IMG/VR virus record: IMGVR_UViG_3300028914_000061
Location: 64,001 to 128,000 of that record
Direction: 5' to 3' (one strand)
DNA length: 64,000 nucleotides
Origin: a virus
Lineage: Duplodnaviria; Caudoviricetes
Shown here: positions 27,883 to 37,560 of the stretch, in pieces
Layout: the number at the start of each line of letters is the position of its first letter
How positions within the stretch are numbered: position 1 is the stretch's first letter
Made by a program: the position numbers and the translations under genes
The notes under the pieces: model-generated
Told to the model about the DNA's origin: nothing
Databases searched by the model: none
What the model saw: only the letters and a program-made list of their open reading frames with translations

Positions 27883-28146
27883 ATGAGCAAAACCACCGAT
27901 GAACTTATCCAAGATAGGATAGACAGCGCAAATAAAGATTTTAGAGAAAACGAAACAAGCATGATTGCCGAAATCTACGACCTTCAAACAATGGTAGTTT
28001 GTATTGTAATTGAATGGGGAGATTGGAAGCATGAGCATGGCTATGCTGATTATATCATGGAACAGCATGGATTCAAGAAATTAAAGGAAGATGTGACGGA
28101 GGAAGATGGAAGCGATTGTTATTCCTCAATTCATTATTATAAATGA
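27883..28146 (+). CDS. Hypothetical early protein
   Basis: Promoter cassette; GDWKHEH motif. Confidence 0.8.
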   Translation: MSKTTDELIQDRIDSANKDFRENETSMIAEIYDLQTMVVCIVIEWGDWKHEHGYADYIMEQHGFKKLKEDVTEEDGSDCYSSIHYYK

Positions 28147-28201
28147 AAAGTTTGGCATAATTTTTGATATAATAATAGAGTAATCAATTAAAATTAAAGA
28201 T

Positions 28202-28561
28202 ATGAAAAACTTTATTCAAAATGAACTTGTTTGCCTTCGTGCGTTAGAGCCGATTGGCTGCGATAGATACGAGGAACTTTCAAAGGCTATTCAATGGCTT
28301 GACGAAAACACCTTGAAAGAGGGAGAGAAAAAAGAAGAGGTTAATAAGCCCCAATACGCCCATACTACAATCCGTTGGAAAGATGACAATAGCGAAGAGG
28401 AAACCATCATTGCCATTGGTTGCCCTTACATTGAAAAGTACGATGAGCAAATTCTTTTCTACTGCGAAAACCAAGAAGATTTTGAAAACTTGAAGCACTA
28501 CGAAAACGGACAAGATTTCTACATTGATGGCTGCACCATGTTCACTGAAACATTGGATTAG
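28202..28561 (+). CDS. Acidic hypothetical early protein
   Basis: Promoter cassette. Confidence 0.8.
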   Translation: MKNFIQNELVCLRALEPIGCDRYEELSKAIQWLDENTLKEGEKKEEVNKPQYAHTTIRWKDDNSEEETIIAIGCPYIEKYDEQILFYCENQEDFENLKHYENGQDFYIDGCTMFTETLD

Positions 28562-28613
28562 TTTGGCACGAAATTTGATGTAGTAAGAGAGTAACCAATT
28601 AAAATTAAAAACT

Positions 28614-29063
28614 ATGACTATTGAACTTCAAAATCAATTAAAGCCTTTTGAGATTTTCATGGAAAAAATGGAAGTCATTGTTGAGGCTATTAAGAATAAT
28701 GAAGAGAATATCAAGAATGGTTGGGGAGTTGAAAGATTTGATTTGAGAGACGATGCAATCGGCATGGTTGGTAGTATTCCAACAACGATTAAAGAATATG
28801 CTGAACTTTGGGATTATGTTCAAGAAAGATACAAAGAATATCTTGCAGGTTGCGAAAATCCGCTTATGCCAAATGAAATGTTCTTTGATGTCTATTGGAA
28901 TGACCCCGAAGCAAATAGGGCAGAATACGATGATTTGACCCTTTGGGTTTTCTTTGACTACGAATATGGCATCTACTATTTGGAAGATGATGAAATCTTG
29001 GAAAAGATTAAAAAGAGAGACGAAGAATTAGCAAAGGCTGAAAATGCCACAAGAGGCTACTAA
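28614..29063 (+). CDS. Acidic hypothetical early protein
   Basis: Promoter cassette. Confidence 0.8.
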   Translation: MTIELQNQLKPFEIFMEKMEVIVEAIKNNEENIKNGWGVERFDLRDDAIGMVGSIPTTIKEYAELWDYVQERYKEYLAGCENPLMPNEMFFDVYWNDPEANRAEYDDLTLWVFFDYEYGIYYLEDDEILEKIKKRDEELAKAENATRGY

Positions 29064-29067
29064 TATA

Positions 29068-29081
29068 TACGCAAATGCGTA
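29068..29081. repeat. Palindrome copy 3
   Basis: TACGCAAATGCGTA. Confidence 0.9.
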
Positions 29082-29137
29082 CTGATTTGGCACGATATTT
29101 GTAAGATAGTAAGCATAACAAATTAAAATTAAAATCC

Positions 29138-29566
29138 ATGAATCAATCCGAGTACAATAGAATTAACGAAGGCAACGTTCTCATTAGTGGTATTATGAGA
29201 GATATTCACAGCATGGAGGGCAAGTTGCGCAATAAGATGGAAACATCTATTTTCGACATGGTTACTGCTATGGGCGGTAGGCTTGAAGTTGATGTTGACA
29301 ATGACGATATTCCTATCGTAACTTACGATGGCGGCAGACACCCCGAATATAACGCCACGCCTTGCGCCCAAGTCCAAGTTATTGAGCCATTGGAAAAGAA
29401 CGGCTTCAAACGTTTTCGTGTGGACATGGACGTTTGCGAAGAGTACGAATCGGATAGATTTGACATTGAATCAGTCGAAGTCATTTTTGACTATGTTTAT
29501 TGGAAGTTTGACGATTACTGCGAACAATTAGGTCTTGCTGTGGAAGTTATCAAAGAGTTTACCTAA
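29138..29566 (+). CDS. Hypothetical early protein
   Basis: Promoter cassette. Confidence 0.8.
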   Translation: MNQSEYNRINEGNVLISGIMRDIHSMEGKLRNKMETSIFDMVTAMGGRLEVDVDNDDIPIVTYDGGRHPEYNATPCAQVQVIEPLEKNGFKRFRVDMDVCEEYESDRFDIESVEVIFDYVYWKFDDYCEQLGLAVEVIKEFT

Positions 29567-29630
29567 TAGACCAACTTTGGCACGATTTTTGTTAGTATTA
29601 TAGTTGTCTAACCAATTAAAAACACGCACT

Positions 29631-29984
29631 ATGAATTACATTACCAATTCAAAAGAAGTCCCCTTCACGCTCAATGACTTTTACAATCACACGCATTTTT
29701 CCCTTCGTTCAAGCGGAAACGGCTATAAGATTTGCCATGTATTGCTCAACGACTACAATACAGACCAACAAGGTATTACTACAATGTCAGTAACGATTTG
29801 GGAAAGCCTACGCCAACGTGGAAGGCATACTTTAACCATCGAAGAGATTTCAAGCAAAATCAACATGAGGGATTTGCTTATGGAAATTTCGGCAAAGTTA
29901 GCCCACAATGAATTTGAAGATGGGGATTGCTACATTGAAGTAGATATGCCCACATCAAGCGGAAAAAGAAGTTTCACATTCTAA
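29631..29984 (+). CDS. Hypothetical early protein (start revised)
   Basis: ATG after leader. Confidence 0.8.
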   Translation: MNYITNSKEVPFTLNDFYNHTHFSLRSSGNGYKICHVLLNDYNTDQQGITTMSVTIWESLRQRGRHTLTIEEISSKINMRDLLMEISAKLAHNEFEDGDCYIEVDMPTSSGKRSFTF

Positions 29985-30036
29985 CATTTTGGCACGATTC
30001 TTGTACTAATAGACATAACCATTAAAAATTAAAATT

Positions 30037-30345
30037 ATGGAAAAAGCAAAAATCCAAGAAATCAAAGACAAGTTAGGTAAGTTTATCAAAGTTGAGCCTA
30101 TCCTTTCACCCCGAAGTGGTGAAGCAGTCCGTAATCAGTACGAAGTTCGTTTTGAAAACGGCAACCTTTTTCAGTCATTCGATACCTTGATTGGTATTCG
30201 GACAGGCGGCAAACTCTATCTTACGAGAAGCCATGAATACTCAACCACCACATCAAAGTATTGCCGTGAATGGTGCGGTTATAGTGGGGAAGAGCGTAGA
30301 AAAGGGCTTGAAAGCGGAAAATTCGTTTACCTCGTAGAAGATTAG
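30037..30345 (+). CDS. Hypothetical early protein
   Basis: NQY..FQSFDT..YSTTTSKY. Confidence 0.8.
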   Translation: MEKAKIQEIKDKLGKFIKVEPILSPRSGEAVRNQYEVRFENGNLFQSFDTLIGIRTGGKLYLTRSHEYSTTTSKYCREWCGYSGEERRKGLESGKFVYLVED

Positions 30346-30379
30346 CCCACTTTGGCACGATATTTGTAAGTAATAAATC

Positions 30380-30780
30380 GAAGTCTAACATCTAAATCGC
30401 TAAATAGTATGAGACCGAGAGACAAGCCCAAAGCAAACTAAAACCAAGTAATAATCCGGAATTTGTAATTATATAAGAGCATCTTTGAATATGAAAAGCA
30501 TTAGAGGTCAGCCGTAAATCGGTAATATATATTTGATATTTTTGATAATTTAATAGTGATAGAAACCCCAATAAAAGAGAGCGGTTTATAGGGTAAAGTT
30601 CGGGATACGTTACAAAGCCGCAATAGAAACAAAAAGTCCATGACCTTGGCAAGAGCATCGCCCAAATAGAAATTATAATATATCTAATAGGAAAGACCCT
30701 TCGCAGTGGCAAGGCAAAATCCCTTCGCAGTCGCACGGCAAAATTACTATTAGATGGCAATCGGACATAAGACCGATATA
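30380..30780 (+). ncRNA. About 400-nt non-coding transcript upstream of tRNA-Lys
   Basis: Promoter at 30351, no + strand ORF of 60 aa or more, 24-nt tandem repeat inside a 9-bp helix. Confidence 0.55.
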
Positions 30781-30784
30781 TTTT

Positions 30785-30857
30785 GCGTCCGTAACTCAGT
30801 CGGTAGAGTACCACACTTTTAATGTGGGAGTCGTGGGTTCGAGTCCCACCGAGCGCA
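30785..30857 (+). tRNA. tRNA-Lys(TTT)
   Basis: CCACA-CTTTTAA-TGTGG, canonical D and T arms. Confidence 0.93.
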
Positions 30858-30877
30858 CACACTTAAAAACTCAAACT

Positions 30878-31144
30878 ATGGAAAAGAAATACGTCATTAT
30901 CAAAAATTGCAATTATGATTTCAACATCGAAATCAAAACTATTGCAGTAACTGACAGCATGGACAAGGCAAAGGAAGTCCTGCAAGAAGAAATCGTAAAA
31001 GAAAAAGAAGAACAAAAGGTAGGTAGCCTCAACTACGACACCGAGGAAGTCACGGAAACGAGTTATGCCGCCTACAATGAAGGCTACGAAGCAACCGATG
31101 GGGTACGAATCTTCATCAGCGAAGCCGAATACAAAAATTCATAG
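30878..31144 (+). CDS. Hypothetical early protein (start revised to MEKKY)
   Basis: ATG after tRNA. Confidence 0.8.
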   Translation: MEKKYVIIKNCNYDFNIEIKTIAVTDSMDKAKEVLQEEIVKEKEEQKVGSLNYDTEEVTETSYAAYNEGYEATDGVRIFISEAEYKNS

Positions 31145-31239
31145 ATGTTTAATTTTTAATTGGTGCGAAAGTGTGTCTTACTGAAAAGTTTGGCACACTT
31201 TTTGTTATATATTGTAGTGAACATTAAATTAAAATTGAA

Positions 31240-31770
31240 ATGATTGTTATTCACATTGATTCGATGGAAGATACAGCAAGACTGAAGGCTGTTTATGAAG
31301 GGATTGATTGTACTTTATTGTATAATCCTACAAGGGATGATGTTGTGCATGAATTAGCCAAAAATGACGATGATACAATTCTTTTGTTGGGTCATGGTAG
31401 CCGTAGCGGATTGTTCAGTAAGGATTGGCGAGGTTATGTATTTGATTGGAGAATTGCAAAGGAATACTGCAAAGATAGAAAGATAATTGGAATTTGGTGT
31501 TATGCCTCCGAGTTTGGCGACAGCATGGGCTTACATGGATTCTTTACCTCAATGTTCATTTCCAATCTTGGGGAAGCATTGAGTTTAGGTTTTCCTAAAA
31601 ACACTAATGAGGATATTTTGGATGAAGTTACGTTTTTCTGCAATATGATTAACAAGTTCATCAAAGAAAATACTCCTATGGAAAATTGGGTTTCCATCTT
31701 GCAGGAAGTCTGCCATAAAGAAAAAGATTTTGTTAGATTTAATTACGAAGCCTTGTCATACTTTGAATAG
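31240..31770 (+). CDS. Putative clan CD (caspase/gingipain-like) cysteine peptidase
   Basis: ILLLGHGS and IIGIWCYA, His-Gly/Cys dyad pattern. Confidence 0.55.
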   Translation: MIVIHIDSMEDTARLKAVYEGIDCTLLYNPTRDDVVHELAKNDDDTILLLGHGSRSGLFSKDWRGYVFDWRIAKEYCKDRKIIGIWCYASEFGDSMGLHGFFTSMFISNLGEALSLGFPKNTNEDILDEVTFFCNMINKFIKENTPMENWVSILQEVCHKEKDFVRFNYEALSYFE

Positions 31771-31824
31771 TTTGGCATGGTTTTTGTGTATATTGTAGTC
31801 GCTAACCAATTAAAATTATAATCC

Positions 31825-32082
31825 ATGAAAACAAAAGAAGAAATCATTGCCATTATCAAGGCTGAAGGTGAAGCAGGTGTTGAAGCCGATGAAAAGTATG
31901 TTGATATTTACGATGAAGTAATTGATGATGGGCTTGAACTTGCTCAACTCGTTTACTTTGAGGAATCCAACGAATTGCTTGCCTATTTGCTTGACGAAGA
32001 AAACAATGGGTATTGGAAAGAGTTTGACAACCTCACAAAAGAAAATCAAGAAAAGATTAAAAACCTTTCCATTTGGGAATAA
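31825..32082 (+). CDS. Very acidic early protein
   Basis: Promoter cassette. Confidence 0.8.
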   Translation: MKTKEEIIAIIKAEGEAGVEADEKYVDIYDEVIDDGLELAQLVYFEESNELLAYLLDEENNGYWKEFDNLTKENQEKIKNLSIWE

Positions 32083-32134
32083 TTTGGCACACTTTTTGCT
32101 ATAATAATAGTATAACCAATTAAAATTAAATACT

Positions 32135-32467
32135 ATGGCAAAAGTCAATATGGGTTGGTGTAAAACCGAAATCAAAGGTGTAAAATGCACTGAAATTGAT
32201 TGGTGCGTTGAAATCGAAGATGTCTATGACACTGACGATATGACGGGTGAAGAAATTGATGCAGCAATCGAAGAGATTGAAGCAAACCTCCCGACTGAAA
32301 AATACTATCCATTACCCCAAGCAACAAATGATTTGGAAGTTGTCAAAGAGTTTGTCAATGGACTTGCTGACAAATTGTCCGATGATTATGGTTGGCTTAT
32401 CAATGCTTTCAATTACAAGTTAATTGGCGTTGATGACAAAGAATATGAATTTTGGCATAGAAATTGA
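32135..32467 (+). CDS. Very acidic early protein
   Basis: Promoter cassette. Confidence 0.8.
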   Translation: MAKVNMGWCKTEIKGVKCTEIDWCVEIEDVYDTDDMTGEEIDAAIEEIEANLPTEKYYPLPQATNDLEVVKEFVNGLADKLSDDYGWLINAFNYKLIGVDDKEYEFWHRN

Positions 32468-32639
32468 TTAAAATTATGGAAACTATTATCTATAAAGGGA
32501 ATCAAATCCGCAAATGGTCTGACGGAACTTTCAGTGCTTACATTGCCTTTAACAATTATGAAGATATTGAAGAGGTAAATTGCCCAACTTTGGAAAAAGC
32601 ACAAGAAGTAATTGATAAGCACATGGAAGGGCAGGGAGA

Positions 32640-32822
32640 ATGAGACAATATTCAATAGAATGGCTTAACGATTTATCAGTCGTTGATAGAGAAATAAGAG
32701 AATTTGAGTGTTTGGCTCTTTGCATGGACTACGCAAGATTGCAATGCTCATCCAAGAAAGCCGAAAAAGCATACATCTACCAAAGCGATGACCCGCAAGA
32801 TAAAATTTTAGTTGAGCAGTGA
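32640..32822 (+). CDS. Hypothetical protein
   Basis: ORF in coupled run. Confidence 0.6.
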   Translation: MRQYSIEWLNDLSVVDREIREFECLALCMDYARLQCSSKKAEKAYIYQSDDPQDKILVEQ

Positions 32823-32991
32823 AAAAGAAAAAGAAATACGATAGTGTAAAGGTTGCTTGCCAACTTGACCGAGAAAGAGAAATCAAGGCTCATGGGAAAA
32901 TTATAAGCCTCCGACCTTCAAGAGTACATAAGTCAAAAAAACTCTACAATCGTAAAAGAAACAAAATTTCAATTAAAAATTACGAATAATA

Positions 32992-33005
32992 TACGCAAAT
33001 GCGTA
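32992..33005. repeat. Palindrome copy 4
   Basis: TACGCAAATGCGTA. Confidence 0.9.
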
Positions 33006-33064
33006 CCTTTGGCACGATTATTGCTGTAAATAGAAACGTCTAACCAATTAAAAAAACACACATT

Positions 33065-34138
33065 ATGATTATCTACACATTAACCGAGACCTTGACCCAA
33101 GAATCATTTTCACCAAAGCAGGTGTTTACCTTTGTGTCCCACGAACAAGCGCACAAACAAATGATTCAACAAATATACGATTATTTGAAGAAGTGTGGCG
33201 ATGAGATTCCAATGGAAGAATTGGATGCACCCAACGGCTACGAAGATGGAAGCCTTTGCATCGGCTACGACTACGCAAGGGATGATGCAGGTGTGTCTCT
33301 TTGGGAAATCTTCAAAACCGAAGTTTCCATGCGTGAAGTCATTATTGGTAACATCATGGGCTATATCCGTGAAACCTACAAGACCCCCGAAAGGTTTAAC
33401 GATGTTCTTTATAATCTTATCAATGAATATAAGGATAGCGACCTTAACGCCATTGCAAGCGAAGGCGACTTTGTTCAAGAACACGTCATTGGCGAGGCTT
33501 TGTATCAAAACGCCCTTGCTCAACTTGGCGGCAAAACTGACGAAGTTTCCTATGGCAAAATCTTGGAATATCTCAATGAAAGTGAACAATTCATTGATGT
33601 TCGCTGCACCTTGTTCAACTATTGGGATTTGCCCGTTGAAGAGGAAAAGTTGGAGAAGTGGCAAAGATGGTTTATCGGTATGCTGACTATCTGCGATGGC
33701 AATTCTACCATGATTAACCTTGTTAGGGAGGATATTGACGATAGACAGCCCGAAGGCGAAAAAATCTTTGTTATCGAAAGAAAGCACTCTATTGTTGCTG
33801 AACACAAAAACGAACTGCCACAAAATCATCGTGACCTTTGTTCCAAGTTGAGCGATGACCAATACTTTGAAATCATGGCCAACATTCTCACCTACAAATT
33901 CAAGTTTGGAAGTGCCGCAACGTTCCATGACCAAATGGTACACATTTACGATGAAATGAAGTACGTTGTCTTTAAGGTTATCAAAAACTATGGCGTTGAT
34001 GCTATCTACCAAAACTATGGAAACATTGACATTGAGGATGACAAAGAAAATGGTTGGAACATCGTCTTTGTAGGTGAACCTTGCGACATTGCCCACATGA
34101 TTGATGAACTTAAAAATCAATACGACAATCTTTTCTAA
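33065..34138 (+). CDS. Acidic hypothetical early protein (357 aa)
   Basis: Promoter cassette. Confidence 0.85.
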   Translation: MIIYTLTETLTQESFSPKQVFTFVSHEQAHKQMIQQIYDYLKKCGDEIPMEELDAPNGYEDGSLCIGYDYARDDAGVSLWEIFKTEVSMREVIIGNIMGYIRETYKTPERFNDVLYNLINEYKDSDLNAIASEGDFVQEHVIGEALYQNALAQLGGKTDEVSYGKILEYLNESEQFIDVRCTLFNYWDLPVEEEKLEKWQRWFIGMLTICDGNSTMINLVREDIDDRQPEGEKIFVIERKHSIVAEHKNELPQNHRDLCSKLSDDQYFEIMANILTYKFKFGSAATFHDQMVHIYDEMKYVVFKVIKNYGVDAIYQNYGNIDIEDDKENGWNIVFVGEPCDIAHMIDELKNQYDNLF

Positions 34139-34234
34139 TCTTTCATATTGTGTGTAAAAAAATCCGTGCCTTTGGCAACTTTGGCACGGATTTTGTACTA
34201 TTATTAAGCAAATAACCAATTAAAATTATAAACC

Positions 34235-34729
34235 ATGAGTAAGTTTTCAAGCGAAAAAGAAATTGATTTTCTCTCTCTCATTATTGATGTTGCCAACTAT
34301 GCAACGCCCATTTTCAATGATTTGCAAGACAAAATCATCACCAAGAATGAAGTCACTGAAAAGTATGCCTTTGAATGGGCTAAAATCTTCAAAGAGAAGT
34401 TTGAACATGAGACAGCCGTGCAGTTTTCGGCTCGTTACCATGAACATCTTAAAACCTTTGTAGAAGCAAGGGTTAAAGAGGTTATCAAAGAAGAGACAAA
34501 GCAAACCGAAAAGGTTGCCAAACTTGTCACCTTTGAACTGACTACAAGGGTCGTAATCAACAAAAACGCCATGCCCGAATGTGAAGAAGAGGATGCCATT
34601 AATGCAGCCCTCAACAAATTTAGGGCTAACAACAACGTGGATATGTGGCTGTGCTTCGATAATTGCACCGAAGTAGTCAATGACAAAGAATGTCCATTTG
34701 GAACTTTTGCCGATGATAGTTTGGCATGA
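34235..34729 (+). CDS. Hypothetical early protein
   Basis: Promoter cassette. Confidence 0.8.
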   Translation: MSKFSSEKEIDFLSLIIDVANYATPIFNDLQDKIITKNEVTEKYAFEWAKIFKEKFEHETAVQFSARYHEHLKTFVEARVKEVIKEETKQTEKVAKLVTFELTTRVVINKNAMPECEEEDAINAALNKFRANNNVDMWLCFDNCTEVVNDKECPFGTFADDSLA

Positions 34730-34774
34730 TATTTGTAAGTAATAATAACGTATAACCAATAAAAAACACACATT

Positions 34775-35644
34775 ATGATTTTAGTTACTTATCCTATCAG
34801 CACACAAGAAAATCAAATTATCGAACACCCCGACAAGTCGTTTAGAATGTTCGACACTACCGAAAAAGAAGATTCAAAGAAAGTATTTATGATGCTTCTT
34901 GCTCAATTCGGCAACGATTTAAGCATCTACAATATGTCAAGCCGTTCACAATCAACGTTCTTTGAAAACGTTGGAAATCTCTTTGACTATATCAACAACG
35001 AAGATGTTTCGTTTGAAAACTCATGGTGCGTTTTGCTCAACCTTGAAGAAGATGAAACTCGTGCCATGATGAACAAGTACAAGCGAGACTTTATCATTGT
35101 TGAAGATGGTAAGCCTATTTGCTTCGATGACAAAGAGATTGTTGTCTATGGCGATATTGAGTGCGCCTATGCAGAAAAACATGGCGGAAGTATCTATTGC
35201 TTGCTGAGCATTGAAGACCCCGACAACAAAGAATTATACGATGTTCATGTTCTTTCTTTCGACAACAGCATTGTAGAAGTCCACGATTACAAAGCCCCAA
35301 AAATTGACAAGGATTGGTTTAGTGTCTCTTTCAATGACCTTTCACAATTCTTTGCAGAGGCTGAAAAAAGCGGCTATGACCAAGTTGTCTATGTGACAAA
35401 TTGTCAGTATGTGAACTGCAAGTACGTTGACCATGATTCCGCTCCTGCCATTGCAGCCTTCGACAGCAAGGAAAAAGCAAAGCAAGACCTCAAAGACACA
35501 CTTGAATATGTCAAAGAAGAGTTTTTGCAATACTACGAAGAGAAAGAACTTGTCATTGTCGAAAAAGACAATTACGTTGAAATCCATGATATTGACCACA
35601 TGGATTGGTGGTGGGGTAAACTCTACGAAACGGAACTGAAATAA
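34775..35644 (+). CDS. Acidic hypothetical early protein
   Basis: Promoter cassette. Confidence 0.85.
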   Translation: MILVTYPISTQENQIIEHPDKSFRMFDTTEKEDSKKVFMMLLAQFGNDLSIYNMSSRSQSTFFENVGNLFDYINNEDVSFENSWCVLLNLEEDETRAMMNKYKRDFIIVEDGKPICFDDKEIVVYGDIECAYAEKHGGSIYCLLSIEDPDNKELYDVHVLSFDNSIVEVHDYKAPKIDKDWFSVSFNDLSQFFAEAEKSGYDQVVYVTNCQYVNCKYVDHDSAPAIAAFDSKEKAKQDLKDTLEYVKEEFLQYYEEKELVIVEKDNYVEIHDIDHMDWWWGKLYETELK

Positions 35645-35758
35645 CCTCCTTTCTTAATACACATTTTTTTGAAAAGCAGTGCATTTTTTTGTACTGCTTT
35701 TCTCTTTTTGGCACGGTTTTTGTGGTATATTGCAGTGAACATTAAACAAACACACACT

Positions 35759-36208
35759 ATGGAAAATTACATTTCAAGAGACAAATTCAAAGAATTGATT
35801 GGTTGGAATTGTGCCAATGAGCCTTATGGTTGGCAAGCCCTTAAACTTGCAAATGGTTTGAATGGCGCAAGGTTAAGTGGAGCAAAGATTTTCGACAATC
35901 ACTATTCAGTATATTATAAGTACGATGTTAGAAGTGGCAAATACTATTTTCCTATTGTTTTCAAAATGGGTGTTCGTGGATTTGTGGCACACAATATTGA
36001 AGAACTTGAACATTTCCTTAACGAGATTAAACAATGCCATTTCAGCGTAATGGATAGAATTGTTGAGGAAAGGATTGAAAAAATGGTAGGTTGTGATATA
36101 GTAGAAATAAGAAAGCACGAAATTTCCCATGAAGATAGAATCCCTTACGATGAATCTTACGATTGGTACAAAGAACAATTTAACGGATATTGGTATGTAG
36201 AGTGCTAA
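35759..36208 (+). CDS. Hypothetical early protein (start revised)
   Basis: ATG after promoter and leader. Confidence 0.8.
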   Translation: MENYISRDKFKELIGWNCANEPYGWQALKLANGLNGARLSGAKIFDNHYSVYYKYDVRSGKYYFPIVFKMGVRGFVAHNIEELEHFLNEIKQCHFSVMDRIVEERIEKMVGCDIVEIRKHEISHEDRIPYDESYDWYKEQFNGYWYVEC

Positions 36209-36263
36209 TTTTGGCATGATATTTGTAAGGAAATAAGTATAACCAATTAAAATTATAAGAACT

Positions 36264-36593
36264 ATGATTAAAGAAGTTGGAAACATCGAACTTGAAAACG
36301 GATTTCTCTTCAAGTTTTGGAGTGACAAATTAGGCAAGTCCTTTTATGTAGTCCAATTCAATGATTGGGGCTATATCAATATCTTTGACGAATCAAAAGA
36401 AAAGGTTGCAGTCAATAGCCTTCTTGACCGAGATATTTCTTGCCAAGATAGGGATGATACCCTTCCCATGAATCTTTTGTCCGAAGATGAGGAATTTTAT
36501 TTCAAAGAGTATTGCAATGTATTGGAAGAACAAAATTTCCAATATGAATATGCAGCAAAATTATTTTTCATGGAATTTCCTATTCCGTGGTAA
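36264..36593 (+). CDS. Hypothetical early protein
   Basis: Promoter cassette. Confidence 0.8.
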   Translation: MIKEVGNIELENGFLFKFWSDKLGKSFYVVQFNDWGYINIFDESKEKVAVNSLLDRDISCQDRDDTLPMNLLSEDEEFYFKEYCNVLEEQNFQYEYAAKLFFMEFPIPW

Positions 36594-36648
36594 TTTGGCA
36601 TAGTTTTTGATTATAATTAAAGTGTCTAACCAATTAAAATTAAATAAT

Positions 36649-37170
36649 ATGTATTACAAGAGAATTAACAAGTCCGAAAACGAAGGTATTGCTCAACTTG
36701 AAAAATCCTATGAGGGATTGAAAACGAGAGTTGGCGTTATCGTCAGCAATGATGAAGAAGGCGAATTTCTTCTTGTGCCTACTGAAATGTTAGGCGACTA
36801 CGTTGTTACCTGTGTTTCAAAGACCGATGTACGTTCAAAGGGCTTTGATACTGCCAAAGTAACCGATGAGCAAATGAGAGAACTTGCCGAACAAATTGAA
36901 TCCGATTTGGTGGAATACGGCAACTATTGGGACACCATCTGCGACACTGCCGAAGATTGGGGACTGCCGAGAATCCATATTGTTGTCGAATCCGACTATG
37001 GCGAGGCTTGCATTGAGCCTTCAAGCGATGGCGATGGCTATTACGATGTATTCATTGGCGATGATTTTGATGATTATGTTGGCACACTGATTTTGGATGA
37101 TGCTGACCTCCAAGACATGGACAAACTCGTTGAGGAAGTAAATTCACTTTTCAAAGACGAAGCAGAATAA
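36649..37170 (+). CDS. Acidic early protein (start revised)
   Basis: ATG after leader; D/E-rich C-terminus. Confidence 0.8.
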   Translation: MYYKRINKSENEGIAQLEKSYEGLKTRVGVIVSNDEEGEFLLVPTEMLGDYVVTCVSKTDVRSKGFDTAKVTDEQMRELAEQIESDLVEYGNYWDTICDTAEDWGLPRIHIVVESDYGEACIEPSSDGDGYYDVFIGDDFDDYVGTLILDDADLQDMDKLVEEVNSLFKDEAE

Positions 37171-37369
37171 GGCTGAAAGCGTTCACTAAATATTTTGGAA
37201 GCGGTGCTTGAAAAAGTGCCGCTTTTTTTTTATAGTTTGGCATGATTTTTGTGCTATATTGTAGTGAACATTATGCCCGAAAAAAAATAAAAATTTTAAT
37301 CCATGAAGTTGAAAAATGGCATGGTTTTTGATATAATAAAGTAAGTCTAACCAATAAAAACATAACACT

Positions 37370-37549
37370 ATGGAAGAGAAAATGTATTGTCCCGAATGTG
37401 GCCATGAGTTTGTTCAAGGCGAATCCAATTACAATTATGAAACCGCAAATACGGACTATGTTTGCCCCGAATGTGGTTGGGAAGGAACCCACAATGAAGT
37501 CATTGATGGTGATGAAATGGAAGTTGACGAAATCGGAGAACTTGACTAA
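37370..37549 (+). CDS. 59-aa zinc-ribbon protein with acidic tail
   Basis: CPECG twice. Confidence 0.8.
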   Translation: MEEKMYCPECGHEFVQGESNYNYETANTDYVCPECGWEGTHNEVIDGDEMEVDEIGELD

Positions 37550-37560
37550 AAATTAAAATC

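Noticed and set aside
33110-34219. 369-aa antisense ORF (also 34247-34771 and 17495-17908)
   Set aside because: Shadow of a codon-biased + strand gene; no promoter or leader, atypical composition
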